Positions 9,440 through 19,058 of a stretch of DNA of 64,000 nt are shown here, in pieces; position 1 is the first letter of the stretch, and the number at the start of each line of letters is the position of its first letter. The stretch comes from a virus. The position numbers and the translations under genes are program-made. The stretch lies in IMG/VR virus record IMGVR_UViG_3300025018_000098, positions 64,001 to 128,000 of that record. One strand, 5' to 3'. Below the pieces are notes generated by a model, which was not told the DNA's origin, ran no database searches, and saw only the letters and a program-made list of their open reading frames with translations.

Positions 9440-11971
9440 TCAACCCCGGTTGTCGGCATCCGGAACATTGGACGTGCCAGGCTCCACAGCCTGGGTGGAC
9501 ACAATATCGACGCTGTCGAAGGGGTTCCCTCGAGCGCCCAACCGCTTCGACATGGGCAGGAGCTCTCTTCCCGCATCCGCCACGGCCCGCACCAGGTTGG
9601 TTGAATAGGAGACTGCATCCTTCGGCATCGTGAAGAACGTAGACAACTCCAGCGCCACGAGGAGGTCCAAGGCCCTGTTCATGCCCTGCTCGGCCAACAT
9701 GTTGAGCGCGTTCTTGATGACCCGCTCCTCAGGCACTACATAGGCGTCCAGATAGTCGGACAAGGTGCTCAAGGCTGCCTCGTAGGCAGCGAGGGTGGCC
9801 TGCTGCCCCACGGTGACAGAGTTCCCCCGAATGACCCGACTAATGATCTCGTCAACGCTGCGTAGGCTGCTGTTCGTCGCAAGCCACACGAGAAGCTGGC
9901 CCGCCAGCGTCTGCCAGTTGAGGTACTTGGTGCTGATGAGCGTGAAGGGCATAGCAACCCCGGGCAGCTCGATCCCCGGACTGAACGTGACAGCTGTCTT
10001 GCTGACCGAAGTCAGCAGCTGGTCCGCCTCTCCTGCGATACGGAGTGTGTCCCCCACACGTACCCCTCGAGCGGGTAGATTCCCCAGCGCGACGGTGCCT
10101 GTGCGCCCGGTCGCGGTGATTGGCCCAGCTGGAGCAGAGAAGAAACTCGAGAGGGCTGTACCTCCAGTGACCTCCAACGAAGAGGAACCTGGAGCAGATA
10201 GCTTGAGGTACGACGTGTAGAAGTCACCCTGAGCAAAGGTGAACACTGGTGGGGGCGTGGTCGTCTGCAGAAGGCTGCCAAAGCTAGATAGGCATCGGTA
10301 CAGACCACTCACTTGGGAGTCTTCTGCCTGCACCTGTGCCAAGGTATTCTCGAGAGCAGCCGCGGACACCGTGGTGACCCCGTACCTCGTCGAGTAGGTA
10401 CGATCTGCGTTTACATCCAGCGTGAGGGTGTTCCCCACCACGGACAAGATGTTCCCGAAGGTGTCGCCTGCAAGATCTTTGCGAGGGATCAGAAGGATCT
10501 GGCCCGCTACAACACCGAGCGCCTGTAGATCGACCGTAGCTACTGCAGTTGGGCTGCCCGCACTGAGTGAAATGCTCACTCCCACGTAGTCCAGTACGGC
10601 GAACCCGAGGCCCGGTATCACAGCCAACGGGTAGGTGCCCAGCTCCGTACGAACCTCCTCTGCGATAACCTCCGGGCCATACTCATCTGAGATGTGCTCA
10701 GCAATGGTGTCCACAGGCACCGGAGTCCCCAGGGCATATGCGTTACTCGGAGCGAACTGAGAGATGAACAGGATCTCGTCTGTACTGGTCGCAAGCAGAT
10801 GCACCGAGGCCCCGTCTACGGCTGCTGAGCTGTAGTAAAGAGAGTCTCCGGACGCGATCACCTGCAGCCCGGCAACAAGACCGTTCAGGTAGCTGGCCAG
10901 CGCAGGCAGATCTGCGTACGGACCTCCGGCCAGTGCTACTGCAGTGGGGGAGCCCCCGTTCAGCGAAACACGTAGTATCTCCGTAGTGGGGGTGTACGGG
11001 AAGCCGACGGTCACCGTACCTCCGTCGAGAATGGCCTCTGCGGTACTCGGCAGCTGCAGGGTCTGTGCCGCAGGCAGGGCGATGTCGAGGGTGCTTCCCT
11101 CCTCATAGAGAGCAGGCCCAGAGACGTCCCCAACAAGAGCTGGAGCCACATCCGGAGACGTGATGCTCATGGTCGCCGAGTCACTCCTCTCGAGTGTTCG
11201 TACGAGGGTTGGGATGCGAAACTGGCTGGCCTGTGTGAGGATGGACCTCTGGGCAAGAAGATCTAGTAAGGTCTCTCGAGCTTGGCCTAGATTGTCCGAG
11301 GACTCCATGACCGTCTTTGCGGCAAGGAGTCCTGAGGAGATGCGTCCAACGATGTCTCTGACCGACTTCTCCGGGAGCTGGATGGAGGTCAAGCGGGACA
11401 CGGCCTCCTGAACAGCCGCGGCTCGAGTTGTGATAGTACTGTGCCGCGGCCCTGCCTCAGCCCACCGCACACGGACGCGCTCGCGGATCTCTTGGGGGGT
11501 CTCTACAATCGCCCCGCTCGCCACCACGTTCGGGCGGAGTTGGGATGCGGCGAAGCGGTCGATGGACCGTTGAAAACGCACCACGGCGGGGCCAATGGAG
11601 CTCGAGATGCCCTGACTGCTTCGGCGCGAGTTCAGGCCAGCGTTGAGCTCAAGCAGAGCGGCCTGGGCATTCGTGAGCTCTGTCGTGTCCTCGATCAGCT
11701 GGGTACGGCGACCAAGCCCACCAATCAAGGAGTTGATGGCCTGCACATCCTGGTACTGCCTCTTTACGAAGGAGTTCAGCTTATTGGTCGAGAGCCAGAC
11801 GAGGTAGAAGTACGAGTCCGGACGCATCAGCAGGGCCGTGGTCAACAGGTCGTACACCTCATCCCGCATAGCCAGCGTGTCCCGAGCACCTGTGGGCGTC
11901 TTCGTGGTGGCTACCGCAGTTATGAGGTACTTGTCTACTGCAGCTTGGATCTCTTCGGAGGTGAAGCCCAT
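9440..11971 (-). CDS. Virion structural protein (843 aa)
   Basis: Long ORF in the tail module with helical termini and a beta-rich centre containing GVxxGDxL modules. Confidence 0.6.
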   Translation of the reverse strand: MGFTSEEIQAAVDKYLITAVATTKTPTGARDTLAMRDEVYDLLTTALLMRPDSYFYLVWLSTNKLNSFVKRQYQDVQAINSLIGGLGRRTQLIEDTTELTNAQAALLELNAGLNSRRSSQGISSSIGPAVVRFQRSIDRFAASQLRPNVVASGAIVETPQEIRERVRVRWAEAGPRHSTITTRAAAVQEAVSRLTSIQLPEKSVRDIVGRISSGLLAAKTVMESSDNLGQARETLLDLLAQRSILTQASQFRIPTLVRTLERSDSATMSITSPDVAPALVGDVSGPALYEEGSTLDIALPAAQTLQLPSTAEAILDGGTVTVGFPYTPTTEILRVSLNGGSPTAVALAGGPYADLPALASYLNGLVAGLQVIASGDSLYYSSAAVDGASVHLLATSTDEILFISQFAPSNAYALGTPVPVDTIAEHISDEYGPEVIAEEVRTELGTYPLAVIPGLGFAVLDYVGVSISLSAGSPTAVATVDLQALGVVAGQILLIPRKDLAGDTFGNILSVVGNTLTLDVNADRTYSTRYGVTTVSAAALENTLAQVQAEDSQVSGLYRCLSSFGSLLQTTTPPPVFTFAQGDFYTSYLKLSAPGSSSLEVTGGTALSSFFSAPAGPITATGRTGTVALGNLPARGVRVGDTLRIAGEADQLLTSVSKTAVTFSPGIELPGVAMPFTLISTKYLNWQTLAGQLLVWLATNSSLRSVDEIISRVIRGNSVTVGQQATLAAYEAALSTLSDYLDAYVVPEERVIKNALNMLAEQGMNRALDLLVALELSTFFTMPKDAVSYSTNLVRAVADAGRELLPMSKRLGARGNPFDSVDIVSTQAVEPGTSNVPDADNRG

Positions 11972-12321
11972 CAGTCCTCTGACTCAATCCGACGATTGAT
12001 CTTGGACAAGTCCCCTCGAGTGAGCCGGGCGCATGCCTTCCGCAGCGCAATGGGGTTTAGCCCCAGTTGTTCGCAGATGTAGCGGAAGGTCATGTTCTCC
12101 TCACCGTCCCAGAACAACCACCCAGCTGCGTCTATGGCCAGTGCATAGTAGGGATCGTCCTCTTTGTACTTACGGTACAGGACGAAGTCCCAGATAGCTC
12201 TGCGTAGGATGGCCAACAACAGGCGTCGGGTGGGGGTGGATCTAGCCTTAGGCTCCTCAGTCGCAGGCTCGACGGAGTACCCGTGAGAGCTACGTGACTG
12301 TGATGCTGGCAGGGCTTCCAT
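11971..12321 (-). CDS. Conserved hypothetical protein (start uncertain)
   Basis: RRLLLAILRRAIWDF...AAGWLF...TFRYICEQLGLNP resembles a hypothetical family I recall from deltaproteobacteria/Myxococcota. Confidence 0.55.
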   Translation of the reverse strand: MEALPASQSRSSHGYSVEPATEEPKARSTPTRRLLLAILRRAIWDFVLYRKYKEDDPYYALAIDAAGWLFWDGEENMTFRYICEQLGLNPIALRKACARLTRGDLSKINRRIESED

Positions 12322-13207
12322 TGATCCCATTGTCGGGCAGTCGCACAAGAGAGGAGTCTCGTCTGGTTGCGGTAAGGGTAGTTGTTCCGGCCGCAAGCGC
12401 GGTGAGTACGAGGGTGCCTGCACTGACTGCGACTGAGGCGATAGTTGGGTCATCGATTTCATACTCTACATCACCTGACGCCGCGCCAGTCAATATCTGG
12501 TAGTTGGTTGCCGTAACAACCGGCGTGAGGTCAAGCGTATCCCCTACCGTAAGGGCGTATGCCGGTGCTGGGTCATACACCACGGACATCACTACTGGGA
12601 ACAAGATGTCGATGATACTCACTGCTGCCCGATCAGGCACAAGGATCTCTCGAGGCTCATTCTCGTGCCCCTCGATGATCACCTGGAAGCAGCCACCGCG
12701 ATAAAGGTCGATGGAGAAGTAGCCTTGCGCGTTGCTCCGGGCATGCACGCGCTCTCCCATGATTCCGTCGCCACCTGCGATGAGAGGACTGTACTGAGAG
12801 ACGAAGTGCACGTCTACTCCAGGGAGAGCCTGCCCGGTGACATCTCGGAAGTAGCCTGATGCGCGACACAACAGAGGGTCCACGGCCTCCGGCAACGTGA
12901 ACAGATGGATGGGCACCGCAAAGCTGTTGGTGCCTGTTGGAGATCCTGCCGGTGGGCTGTACACCTCGATCAGCATGGGGGATTCGATTGCTCCGCCGCT
13001 GTAGAAGAAGCGGAGTTGGTACGTATCCGGAGCCACCTCCCCGTTGAGAGTGAACTCTACGTGCCCTGGGTCCGCAGGGGCGCCAGTGGTCCCCGATGTG
13101 ATGAGCGTCGTTCCCGCTGCGTCGTACACGCGGACCACGACCCCATCCACGGGTACTGGGACCACATCATCTGTCTCTACTAGGATGTCGACGAGCTCAA
13201 GAGCCAT
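12290..13207 (-). CDS. Ig-like (Big_2-type C-terminus) structural protein
   Basis: LTVGDTLDLTPVV...DDPTIASV...LTALAAGTTTLTAT...ASITVT is a bacterial Ig-like motif. Confidence 0.65.
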   Translation of the reverse strand: MALELVDILVETDDVVPVPVDGVVVRVYDAAGTTLITSGTTGAPADPGHVEFTLNGEVAPDTYQLRFFYSGGAIESPMLIEVYSPPAGSPTGTNSFAVPIHLFTLPEAVDPLLCRASGYFRDVTGQALPGVDVHFVSQYSPLIAGGDGIMGERVHARSNAQGYFSIDLYRGGCFQVIIEGHENEPREILVPDRAAVSIIDILFPVVMSVVYDPAPAYALTVGDTLDLTPVVTATNYQILTGAASGDVEYEIDDPTIASVAVSAGTLVLTALAAGTTTLTATRRDSSLVRLPDNGINGSPASITVT

Positions 13208-13217
13208 TGGATTTGCC

Positions 13218-13310
13218 TCACAGGAAACGCTTCAAAAGGAACCGGAATACGCTCTCATACCAGGAGTTGGGTTCCTCGTCCCAAGGATCCTCGTCCGGAG
13301 AGCGCCCCAT
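13218..13310 (-). CDS. 30-aa micro-ORF (MGRSPDEDPWDEEPNSWYESVFRFLLKRFL)
   Basis: Starts at a TAATG stop/start overlap and fills the intergenic gap. Confidence 0.4.
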   Translation of the reverse strand: MGRSPDEDPWDEEPNSWYESVFRFLLKRFL

Positions 13311-13708
13311 TAGCCGCGGTGCGCCGGTAGGTGTTTGTCAATCAGACGTTCGAGGCCCTGCTTACCCTTCAGGTACACAGGAGCCGCCAGGCTGCCCCCA
13401 GGAGCCGCGGCAAGCACAGCAACGTCCGGATGCCGCACAAGGCCCTCCGTCCCCTTCTTGAGGGCCTTGTTCAGCCTGGGGCTATTGACGAGCTTCTTGT
13501 CGAGAAGCCCATGGGCCTTATCGATGATCGGCTTCTGGGCACGACCTAGTCGGTCTGTGACTGCGTGCTGCAGCCCGGCGAGCTCCTGTGGACTCCGCTT
13601 CTTCATGAGCAGCCGCGGAGTCTTGGGGATGTCTGTGGCAACAAGGCGGACTAGCCTCTCGATGAGGGCCTGCTTAGCGAACGAGTGAAAGAGGTCGGGG
13701 TCAATCAT
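13310..13708 (-). CDS. Basic hypothetical protein, possibly an internal virion protein
   Basis: Coupled ORF with an LFHSFAKQA motif. Confidence 0.55.
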   Translation of the reverse strand: MIDPDLFHSFAKQALIERLVRLVATDIPKTPRLLMKKRSPQELAGLQHAVTDRLGRAQKPIIDKAHGLLDKKLVNSPRLNKALKKGTEGLVRHPDVAVLAAAPGGSLAAPVYLKGKQGLERLIDKHLPAHRG

Positions 13709-14658
13709 TAGCTCGTCCGAATGGCGTGGTTGATGCGAGGCTCCTGGATCCCGAACTCGTCTTGAGTGACGAGGCTCTCATCCAGAAGATCTACTGCGTC
13801 CCCAGTCGTGGGGATGGTGATCCGGCGCACGAAGCCCGTACCATCTACAACTACATCTAGGACCATGCCCCGAAGCAAGCGAACCTCGGCGTACCCGTTG
13901 CGATCCGTCCGCAGCTCCTTGGAGTGCCGAAAGACTCCCCAGCCCGCCACTTTGTTCGGAATGAACACGTTGTGCAGGGTCACTCGGCGGTCTGGGATCG
14001 GACACCCGGATAGGTCTGCCACTCGAAGGTAGGCCACGATGGTCTCTGATACAGGGATCCGCTGAGCGCTGTTCGCTGGAAACGGAACACTGAGCTCACT
14101 GTTTGCTCCGGTGCCTGTGTTCAGGAACTGTACCCTGTACCAAAAATCTTCGTCCGAGTTGCTGTCTGTGAGGAAGTACTCATGAGTGCCGGACACAAGC
14201 ACGGTGTCCTGGTCTGTGCCCACGGCCCCATCTTCTTCTACCAGACCGAACATCACGTTTGCGTCGCCGGCTAGTATTTCGATAGACGCCGAAGTGCCCG
14301 TAGTGGCTGTCGTCATGACCACGACGCCAGACACATCTGCAGCGGTCACTAGACCAGTGGCCCCCATGATCTGTGTCGCCACCTGGGCCGCTGTCAGGGG
14401 ATCCGTCCCGGCGAACACCACGTCCACCTGAGCAGCACCCACCAGGAAGCTGAGCGTGCGCCCCACAACCAGGTAACCCTCGGAACGCCCGAAGGTGAGT
14501 ACTGCGGACCCGGGCGCCGCCTCTGTGACTACCGAGTAGGTGCCGTCTTTGCCATCTCGGCTGCGGTACCAGCGTAGTCGATTGTACGTCAACAACGCCC
14601 CGGCGATGTCGCGCACGAAGTAGCTGAGCGTGATGGGGATGTTGGTGACCGTCGCCAT
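13708..14658 (-). CDS. Virion structural protein (316 aa)
   Basis: LTAAQVATQI module and a carboxypeptidase-regulatory-like C-terminus. Preceded by a leaderless-type -10 box. Confidence 0.6.
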   Translation of the reverse strand: MATVTNIPITLSYFVRDIAGALLTYNRLRWYRSRDGKDGTYSVVTEAAPGSAVLTFGRSEGYLVVGRTLSFLVGAAQVDVVFAGTDPLTAAQVATQIMGATGLVTAADVSGVVVMTTATTGTSASIEILAGDANVMFGLVEEDGAVGTDQDTVLVSGTHEYFLTDSNSDEDFWYRVQFLNTGTGANSELSVPFPANSAQRIPVSETIVAYLRVADLSGCPIPDRRVTLHNVFIPNKVAGWGVFRHSKELRTDRNGYAEVRLLRGMVLDVVVDGTGFVRRITIPTTGDAVDLLDESLVTQDEFGIQEPRINHAIRTS

Positions 14659-14664
14659 GGGCCG

Positions 14665-14673
14665 AGTCTACCA
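14665..14673 (-). promoter_or_regulatory. Class L promoter: TGG-TAGACT, 6 nt before ATG 14658
   Basis: Minus strand reads TGGTAGACT CGGCCC ATG. Confidence 0.7.
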
Positions 14674-14683
14674 TATAGCAAAC

Positions 14684-14717
14684 GAGAATAGAGAGGGCTG
14701 GGGCCCTCTCTATTCTC
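14684..14717 (-). terminator. Intrinsic terminator with a perfect 15-bp stem
   Basis: GAGAATAGAGAGGGC-TGGG-GCCCTCTCTATTCTC, at the end of a three-gene insert. Confidence 0.75.
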
Positions 14718-14868
14718 AGTGTTGTTCGTAGGCGTACGGGAGGAGAGCGCGGGTGCGCTCTCCGTCGTAGGGATCCGGAGCCAGCCGAAGCTGGATATCC
14801 TCATCCTGCTCATCCCACTCCTCGTCTAGGACGGGCGGGACGTATACGTTGACCTCGTGGTACTTCAT
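14716..14868 (-). CDS. Small acidic protein (50 aa)
   Basis: MKYHEVNVYVPPVLDEEWDEQDEDIQLRLAPDPYDGERTRALLPYAYEQH, with ATGA coupling. Confidence 0.5.
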   Translation of the reverse strand: MKYHEVNVYVPPVLDEEWDEQDEDIQLRLAPDPYDGERTRALLPYAYEQH

Positions 14869-15023
14869 ACCACCAGCCCCAGCACTTGACGTGCCGCGCG
14901 AATGTCACGCGCTCTCTTGTTATCCAGGCTGAACTCGCAGAGGCGTACCCCCCGCGCATCCGGCTTGCAGTAGGCCACCTCTATGGCGGCCTGCCGCAGC
15001 ATGCCCTCGAGTAGCTTGATCAT
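14865..15023 (-). CDS. Small hypothetical protein (52 aa)
   Basis: MIKLLEGMLRQAA..., starting just after the upstream stop. Confidence 0.5.
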   Translation of the reverse strand: MIKLLEGMLRQAAIEVAYCKPDARGVRLCEFSLDNKRARDIRAARQVLGLVV

Positions 15024-15024
15024 C

Positions 15025-15291
15025 TCAGCCCTTCTTGTCCTTGAGGCTCGCGGCGGCCTGCAGAGCACTGCCGATGAAGATGCCAAGCATCCCCGCGGCT
15101 ACTACGTCCTCACCACGAGGGCCCCGCGCCACCATGACGAGGCGTGGCGGGAACATGCTCACCGCCGCGGCCTCCTCTCGGATGAGAGCGTCATCCAGGT
15201 CGCGTCGCGCTTGGCGCAGATCCCGGTCCAGCTGCTCCCTCTTGGCTTCGAGGCAGCGGACTTGAGCTCGGGCTTCGTACTTGTTCATCAT
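15025..15291 (-). CDS. Small coiled-coil protein
   Basis: First ORF after the class E motif. AAGGA SD. Confidence 0.55.
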   Translation of the reverse strand: MMNKYEARAQVRCLEAKREQLDRDLRQARRDLDDALIREEAAAVSMFPPRLVMVARGPRGEDVVAAGMLGIFIGSALQAAASLKDKKG

Positions 15292-15324
15292 TTGTTGATC
15301 CTTCTGGGCGTAGGCGCCCTGTTT

Positions 15325-15343
15325 CCTTCACCTTGCTCATAGG
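15325..15343 (-). promoter_or_regulatory. Class E motif CCTATGAGCAAGGTGAAGG
   Basis: One of 8 copies heading accessory operons. Confidence 0.7.
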
Positions 15344-15359
15344 TGAACGGGACCAAAGA

Positions 15360-15866
15360 TTAGCAATCATCCTCTTCTGACCCGCTCTCCTTAGGTCGAA
15401 AGGCTGCATCTGGGTCTGGTTGAGGATCCAACCCGGTGGCGACGTGCTGAGCACCCTCTGCGCCTGGTGGAGTAGCGGGACTCGAGCTCTCATCTGCTCG
15501 AAATGTTTGTGGGGGATCTGCCTGTGGAGCCTCTCCAGTGATGGTGTGCTGGGCTGACACCTCTCCTGATGCGTCGGGCTGCGGCGCCCACTCATCTAGT
15601 CGTGCAGCCCTGGGAGGATCCGCCTGAGGGTTCTCTCCGGTGGCGAGGTGCTGCGCGGAGATCGGACGCTCATCATCCGGGCAATGGAAGGATGAGAGCT
15701 CTCGAGCGTACCCAGGTCCTGTTGGGTAGAACTGAACCGTAGTGACATCGTACGCGTAGAGCTGTACCTCCGCCAGTTCTACTAGAAGGGTCAGCAGCGC
15801 CGTAGAGTCGTGTTCCAGACCCTGCGTGAGCACGCCTCCCCGGGTGTTGAGGCCCTGCGTGATCAC
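15360..15866 (-). CDS. Low-complexity protein with three AQH.ATG..PQ.DP repeats
   Basis: SAQHLATGENPQADPP / SAQHTITGEAPQADPP / GAQHVATGLDPQPDPD. Confidence 0.55.
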   Translation of the reverse strand: MITQGLNTRGGVLTQGLEHDSTALLTLLVELAEVQLYAYDVTTVQFYPTGPGYARELSSFHCPDDERPISAQHLATGENPQADPPRAARLDEWAPQPDASGEVSAQHTITGEAPQADPPQTFRADESSSPATPPGAEGAQHVATGLDPQPDPDAAFRPKESGSEEDDC

Positions 15867-16492
15867 GAGGTCACCAGTGCACCTGCGCCACGCTTGGTCT
15901 GCACCCCGGTGCTCGTCTCCACGTCCTCCCCACCGTCAGTAGTGAGATCCCAGGACCGAAGCTCGGTGACGCCGTCGTCGTCGAAAAGCACAAGACGCTG
16001 ACCCGCGATGTCCACCTCGAGGCGGTTGTCCGTGATCTTGCGGATGAGCGTGACCGCTGCGACTAGGCTAGCCGCTGTGCCGTGCGCCCACACCGCGGTG
16101 GCCACGTCCCCAGCGCTTGCGTCCGCAGTCGAAATGGCCTGGGTCAGCGAGCTCGTGACCAGTCGAATCTGCGTGGAAAACACACCGAGCGTTCCGGCGA
16201 ATAGCGGGTCCCCACTGCCTACTGGGTAGAGGTTGCCTGCCAGTGTGAGTGTGTGGCTCGCCTCACGTGGGCGAATCAACCAACCATCCGTGGTGTTCAG
16301 GAAGAAGTATGAACCCACGAACACACCACCCCCGATAGGTTCTCCGCCAATAGTGGTGAACGCCTCTGGGAATGGCGCTCCGGTCCCGGCGAAGACCCAG
16401 TCCTTCCAGGCGTCGTAGATGTCGGTCACGGCGACTGCGTCGCCGTCCGCCGCCTCTAGGATGATGAGCCTGTTGGGTCCGTCAAAGATCAT
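15863..16492 (-). CDS. Virion structural protein (209 aa)
   Basis: Coupled to the spike-like gene. IYDAWKDW...YFFLN..GW.IRP pattern. Confidence 0.6.
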   Translation of the reverse strand: MIFDGPNRLIILEAADGDAVAVTDIYDAWKDWVFAGTGAPFPEAFTTIGGEPIGGGVFVGSYFFLNTTDGWLIRPREASHTLTLAGNLYPVGSGDPLFAGTLGVFSTQIRLVTSSLTQAISTADASAGDVATAVWAHGTAASLVAAVTLIRKITDNRLEVDIAGQRLVLFDDDGVTELRSWDLTTDGGEDVETSTGVQTKRGAGALVTS

Positions 16493-19050
16493 GGGTTCCC
16501 GTACTGCCTATCCCGCTGCTGCTGAACCGAGAGGGTGACGTCATCCGTGATGGCGACGTCGGTGAACCTCAGGTTCTTGTAGCCCAACGAAACGACTGCG
16601 ACGTTGACCAGGGGATACGCCACAGAATCGATCTCCAGTGAGAACGTGCCCCCGGTGATGACCTCCTGTCCGTCGAGTTCCACCAACGGGTTCGCGGCGT
16701 CGTAAACCCGCACTTCGCTGGGGTTCTTCAGGCCGTTGACCGTTAGGGTATATGTCTCGAGCGGGTAGAAGTTCGCAGCCTGATCCGCGAGCGTGGTCGT
16801 AGTCAGGACAGCGAAGCCGGAGATGGCGCTATCGCTTGCCGACGCGGTGCATGTGATCCGCACCTTGAACCCGAACCCTGCCGGGCTGATGGTCTCAGCC
16901 GAAAGGTTTGCGCCTGAGATAGTCGTCCAGCTTCCGCTGAACCCAGAACCCGTGTCGAGGTCGTACTCGAAGGTGTACGTGCCGCCTCCCACTACGTCCT
17001 CCTCGTGCGCTAGGTTGGCGAAGCCCGTATGGCCCTTGATGCTGTAAGGCCAAGTGTAGACAACTTGGTCCCCGGCGGTACGCATCAGCAGATCTCCGAT
17101 GCCGTTCCAGATCGGTGTCCCTGACGTGATCTCGACGTCTGCCAAGTGGAACGTACCACGGTCGTTGAACAACAACCCAAGAGCCCCTGTAGTGTCCGAC
17201 TTGAAGTAGTCGAGAAAGCAGGTGCCCACGACATTGTTCATGTCGCCCTCTACTCCCGTGCCCGTGTCGACGGACCCCGACGCTCCATGCATCCCCTTCA
17301 TCAGGGCGCGTGAAGCATCTATCTCGATCTCCTTTGCGTAGCTCCCTGAGCAGTTCTCGATCAGGATGTCCGAAGCAGCGTTCATCGTGTTGATCGCCGA
17401 AATGCCAGAGATGTTGTCGTACCAAAGTCTCTTGAGCTTGAGGTTGCTACACACGCCGTTGGTGTTGACGACGTAGGTTATCTTCCCCTCCCCGTCGATC
17501 TTCGCCGTAATCTCCCCGTGGTTGTATATCCGCACGTTGTTCGAGTCGACTACGTAGTAGAGCTGCCCTTCTGAGTGCTTGGCTCCTCCGGTAGCGAGCC
17601 GACCGCTGCGCACTGTCACATCTGAGGACCCCGTGAAGTACGCCGCCATCGTGGCGTTGGGCTCAGTCGTGCCGCGCCCAGGAACATGTCCGTAGATAAG
17701 CTCGTCTATCTCTAGCCCGACACACCCCGACGTCGCGTTTAGGTAGCAGCCGATCATAATCAGCGTCTCAGCCCGAAAGTTTGAGACGATGGTCAGATTA
17801 CACCGAGTAGTGTTCTCGTCCTGTCTCGGCACAACCAGCTTGACCACTCCTTCGTAAAACACGTTGGCTGATGTGGTGACACTTAGCGCTGCTGCGTTGC
17901 TTCCAGCACTACCAGCACAAACAACAACGTTCCGCAGCGTCAGACCGCCTGTGTTGTCGAGTATGCCTGGAGTAGTCAGTGGGCCCACGGCGTAGTTGGC
18001 TGCGCACCCAGGGCCAAAGTAGCAGTTGTCGATCAACACATCTGCATTGACGTTATTGACGGTGTTGCCGCTCACGCCGAGTCCCCAGCAAGAATCCGTC
18101 ACTACGGTTGTACTTGTGCCCCGCATTTCGAAGGAGACCGAAGACCCATTCATGTGGTCTACGAACACGTTGACGCTCACAAGAGGCGGGACGACGCGGA
18201 TGTAGTCGTTGAGTACGGCTGTGTTTATCTCTGTGTCAGGGGTCGCTAGCGTGGTTGTGCCTAGGTGGACGTTAGGAATACGGATCCTGGCGCCGCTGGG
18301 AGGCACTCCACCATTCACCGAGTTGTAGAACGTCAGCGTAGAGGTTCCTACAACTTGGCTAAACACAAAACCCGACTCGAAGGTGTTCCCAAAGTCGTCG
18401 GGATCTGAGTAGGCTGCTGAGCCACTCACGTTTATGCGGTGCCAGATCTGGAAGACCCCTGTACCACTTCCCGTCTCCACCCACACCGCGGGTTGGTGCC
18501 CCTCGTGGGGGAGCGTGAACACCTGGTTGTCCGTGCCGTCACCTAGCCCGACTTCATACCAGTCTCCGGTGACAGTGAACGTCGACCGCGCGTCGATCGC
18601 GACCCAGTTACTGTCCTCTCCGTAGACGATCAGGTACCCAATCTTTGACGCGTCACAGGTCGCTGCCCAGCCGCCGCTTACGAAGGAGTCCGCTGCGGCT
18701 GGGGGCGTAGACCCCGCGTCCATGGTGAGCGTCAGCGTCCCCGCCGCCGCGACACCTGCATTCAGCCTGACCACCTTTCCTGTGTCTGCTCCGCCGTTCC
18801 AGGAGATTGCATCGAGAACTGCAGGCAAGGCACCTGTGCCGCTGGAGTATTCGACCTCGTATGTGCGCGACCCATCAATCCGCACTTCTCCATCTGTGCA
18901 CGTGATGATGCCCAAGATGCCCATAGGCGTCAGGTGCGGCATCGAGTCGATAGTGAGTACCGCCCCCGTGTTGGTTGTGATATTCTCGCCCGCGCCACGG
19001 CCTGTCAGGGCGTCGTGGTTCGTGTCTACGCTGATGGTCTGGTTGGCCAT
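16489..19050 (-). CDS. Tail spike/fibre-like protein with a probable beta-helix core (853 aa)
   Basis: Asn/Ser/Thr-rich parallel beta-helix-like repeats in the centre, within the tail module. Confidence 0.55.
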   Translation of the reverse strand: MANQTISVDTNHDALTGRGAGENITTNTGAVLTIDSMPHLTPMGILGIITCTDGEVRIDGSRTYEVEYSSGTGALPAVLDAISWNGGADTGKVVRLNAGVAAAGTLTLTMDAGSTPPAAADSFVSGGWAATCDASKIGYLIVYGEDSNWVAIDARSTFTVTGDWYEVGLGDGTDNQVFTLPHEGHQPAVWVETGSGTGVFQIWHRINVSGSAAYSDPDDFGNTFESGFVFSQVVGTSTLTFYNSVNGGVPPSGARIRIPNVHLGTTTLATPDTEINTAVLNDYIRVVPPLVSVNVFVDHMNGSSVSFEMRGTSTTVVTDSCWGLGVSGNTVNNVNADVLIDNCYFGPGCAANYAVGPLTTPGILDNTGGLTLRNVVVCAGSAGSNAAALSVTTSANVFYEGVVKLVVPRQDENTTRCNLTIVSNFRAETLIMIGCYLNATSGCVGLEIDELIYGHVPGRGTTEPNATMAAYFTGSSDVTVRSGRLATGGAKHSEGQLYYVVDSNNVRIYNHGEITAKIDGEGKITYVVNTNGVCSNLKLKRLWYDNISGISAINTMNAASDILIENCSGSYAKEIEIDASRALMKGMHGASGSVDTGTGVEGDMNNVVGTCFLDYFKSDTTGALGLLFNDRGTFHLADVEITSGTPIWNGIGDLLMRTAGDQVVYTWPYSIKGHTGFANLAHEEDVVGGGTYTFEYDLDTGSGFSGSWTTISGANLSAETISPAGFGFKVRITCTASASDSAISGFAVLTTTTLADQAANFYPLETYTLTVNGLKNPSEVRVYDAANPLVELDGQEVITGGTFSLEIDSVAYPLVNVAVVSLGYKNLRFTDVAITDDVTLSVQQQRDRQYGNP

Positions 19051-19058
19051 GCGTCACC

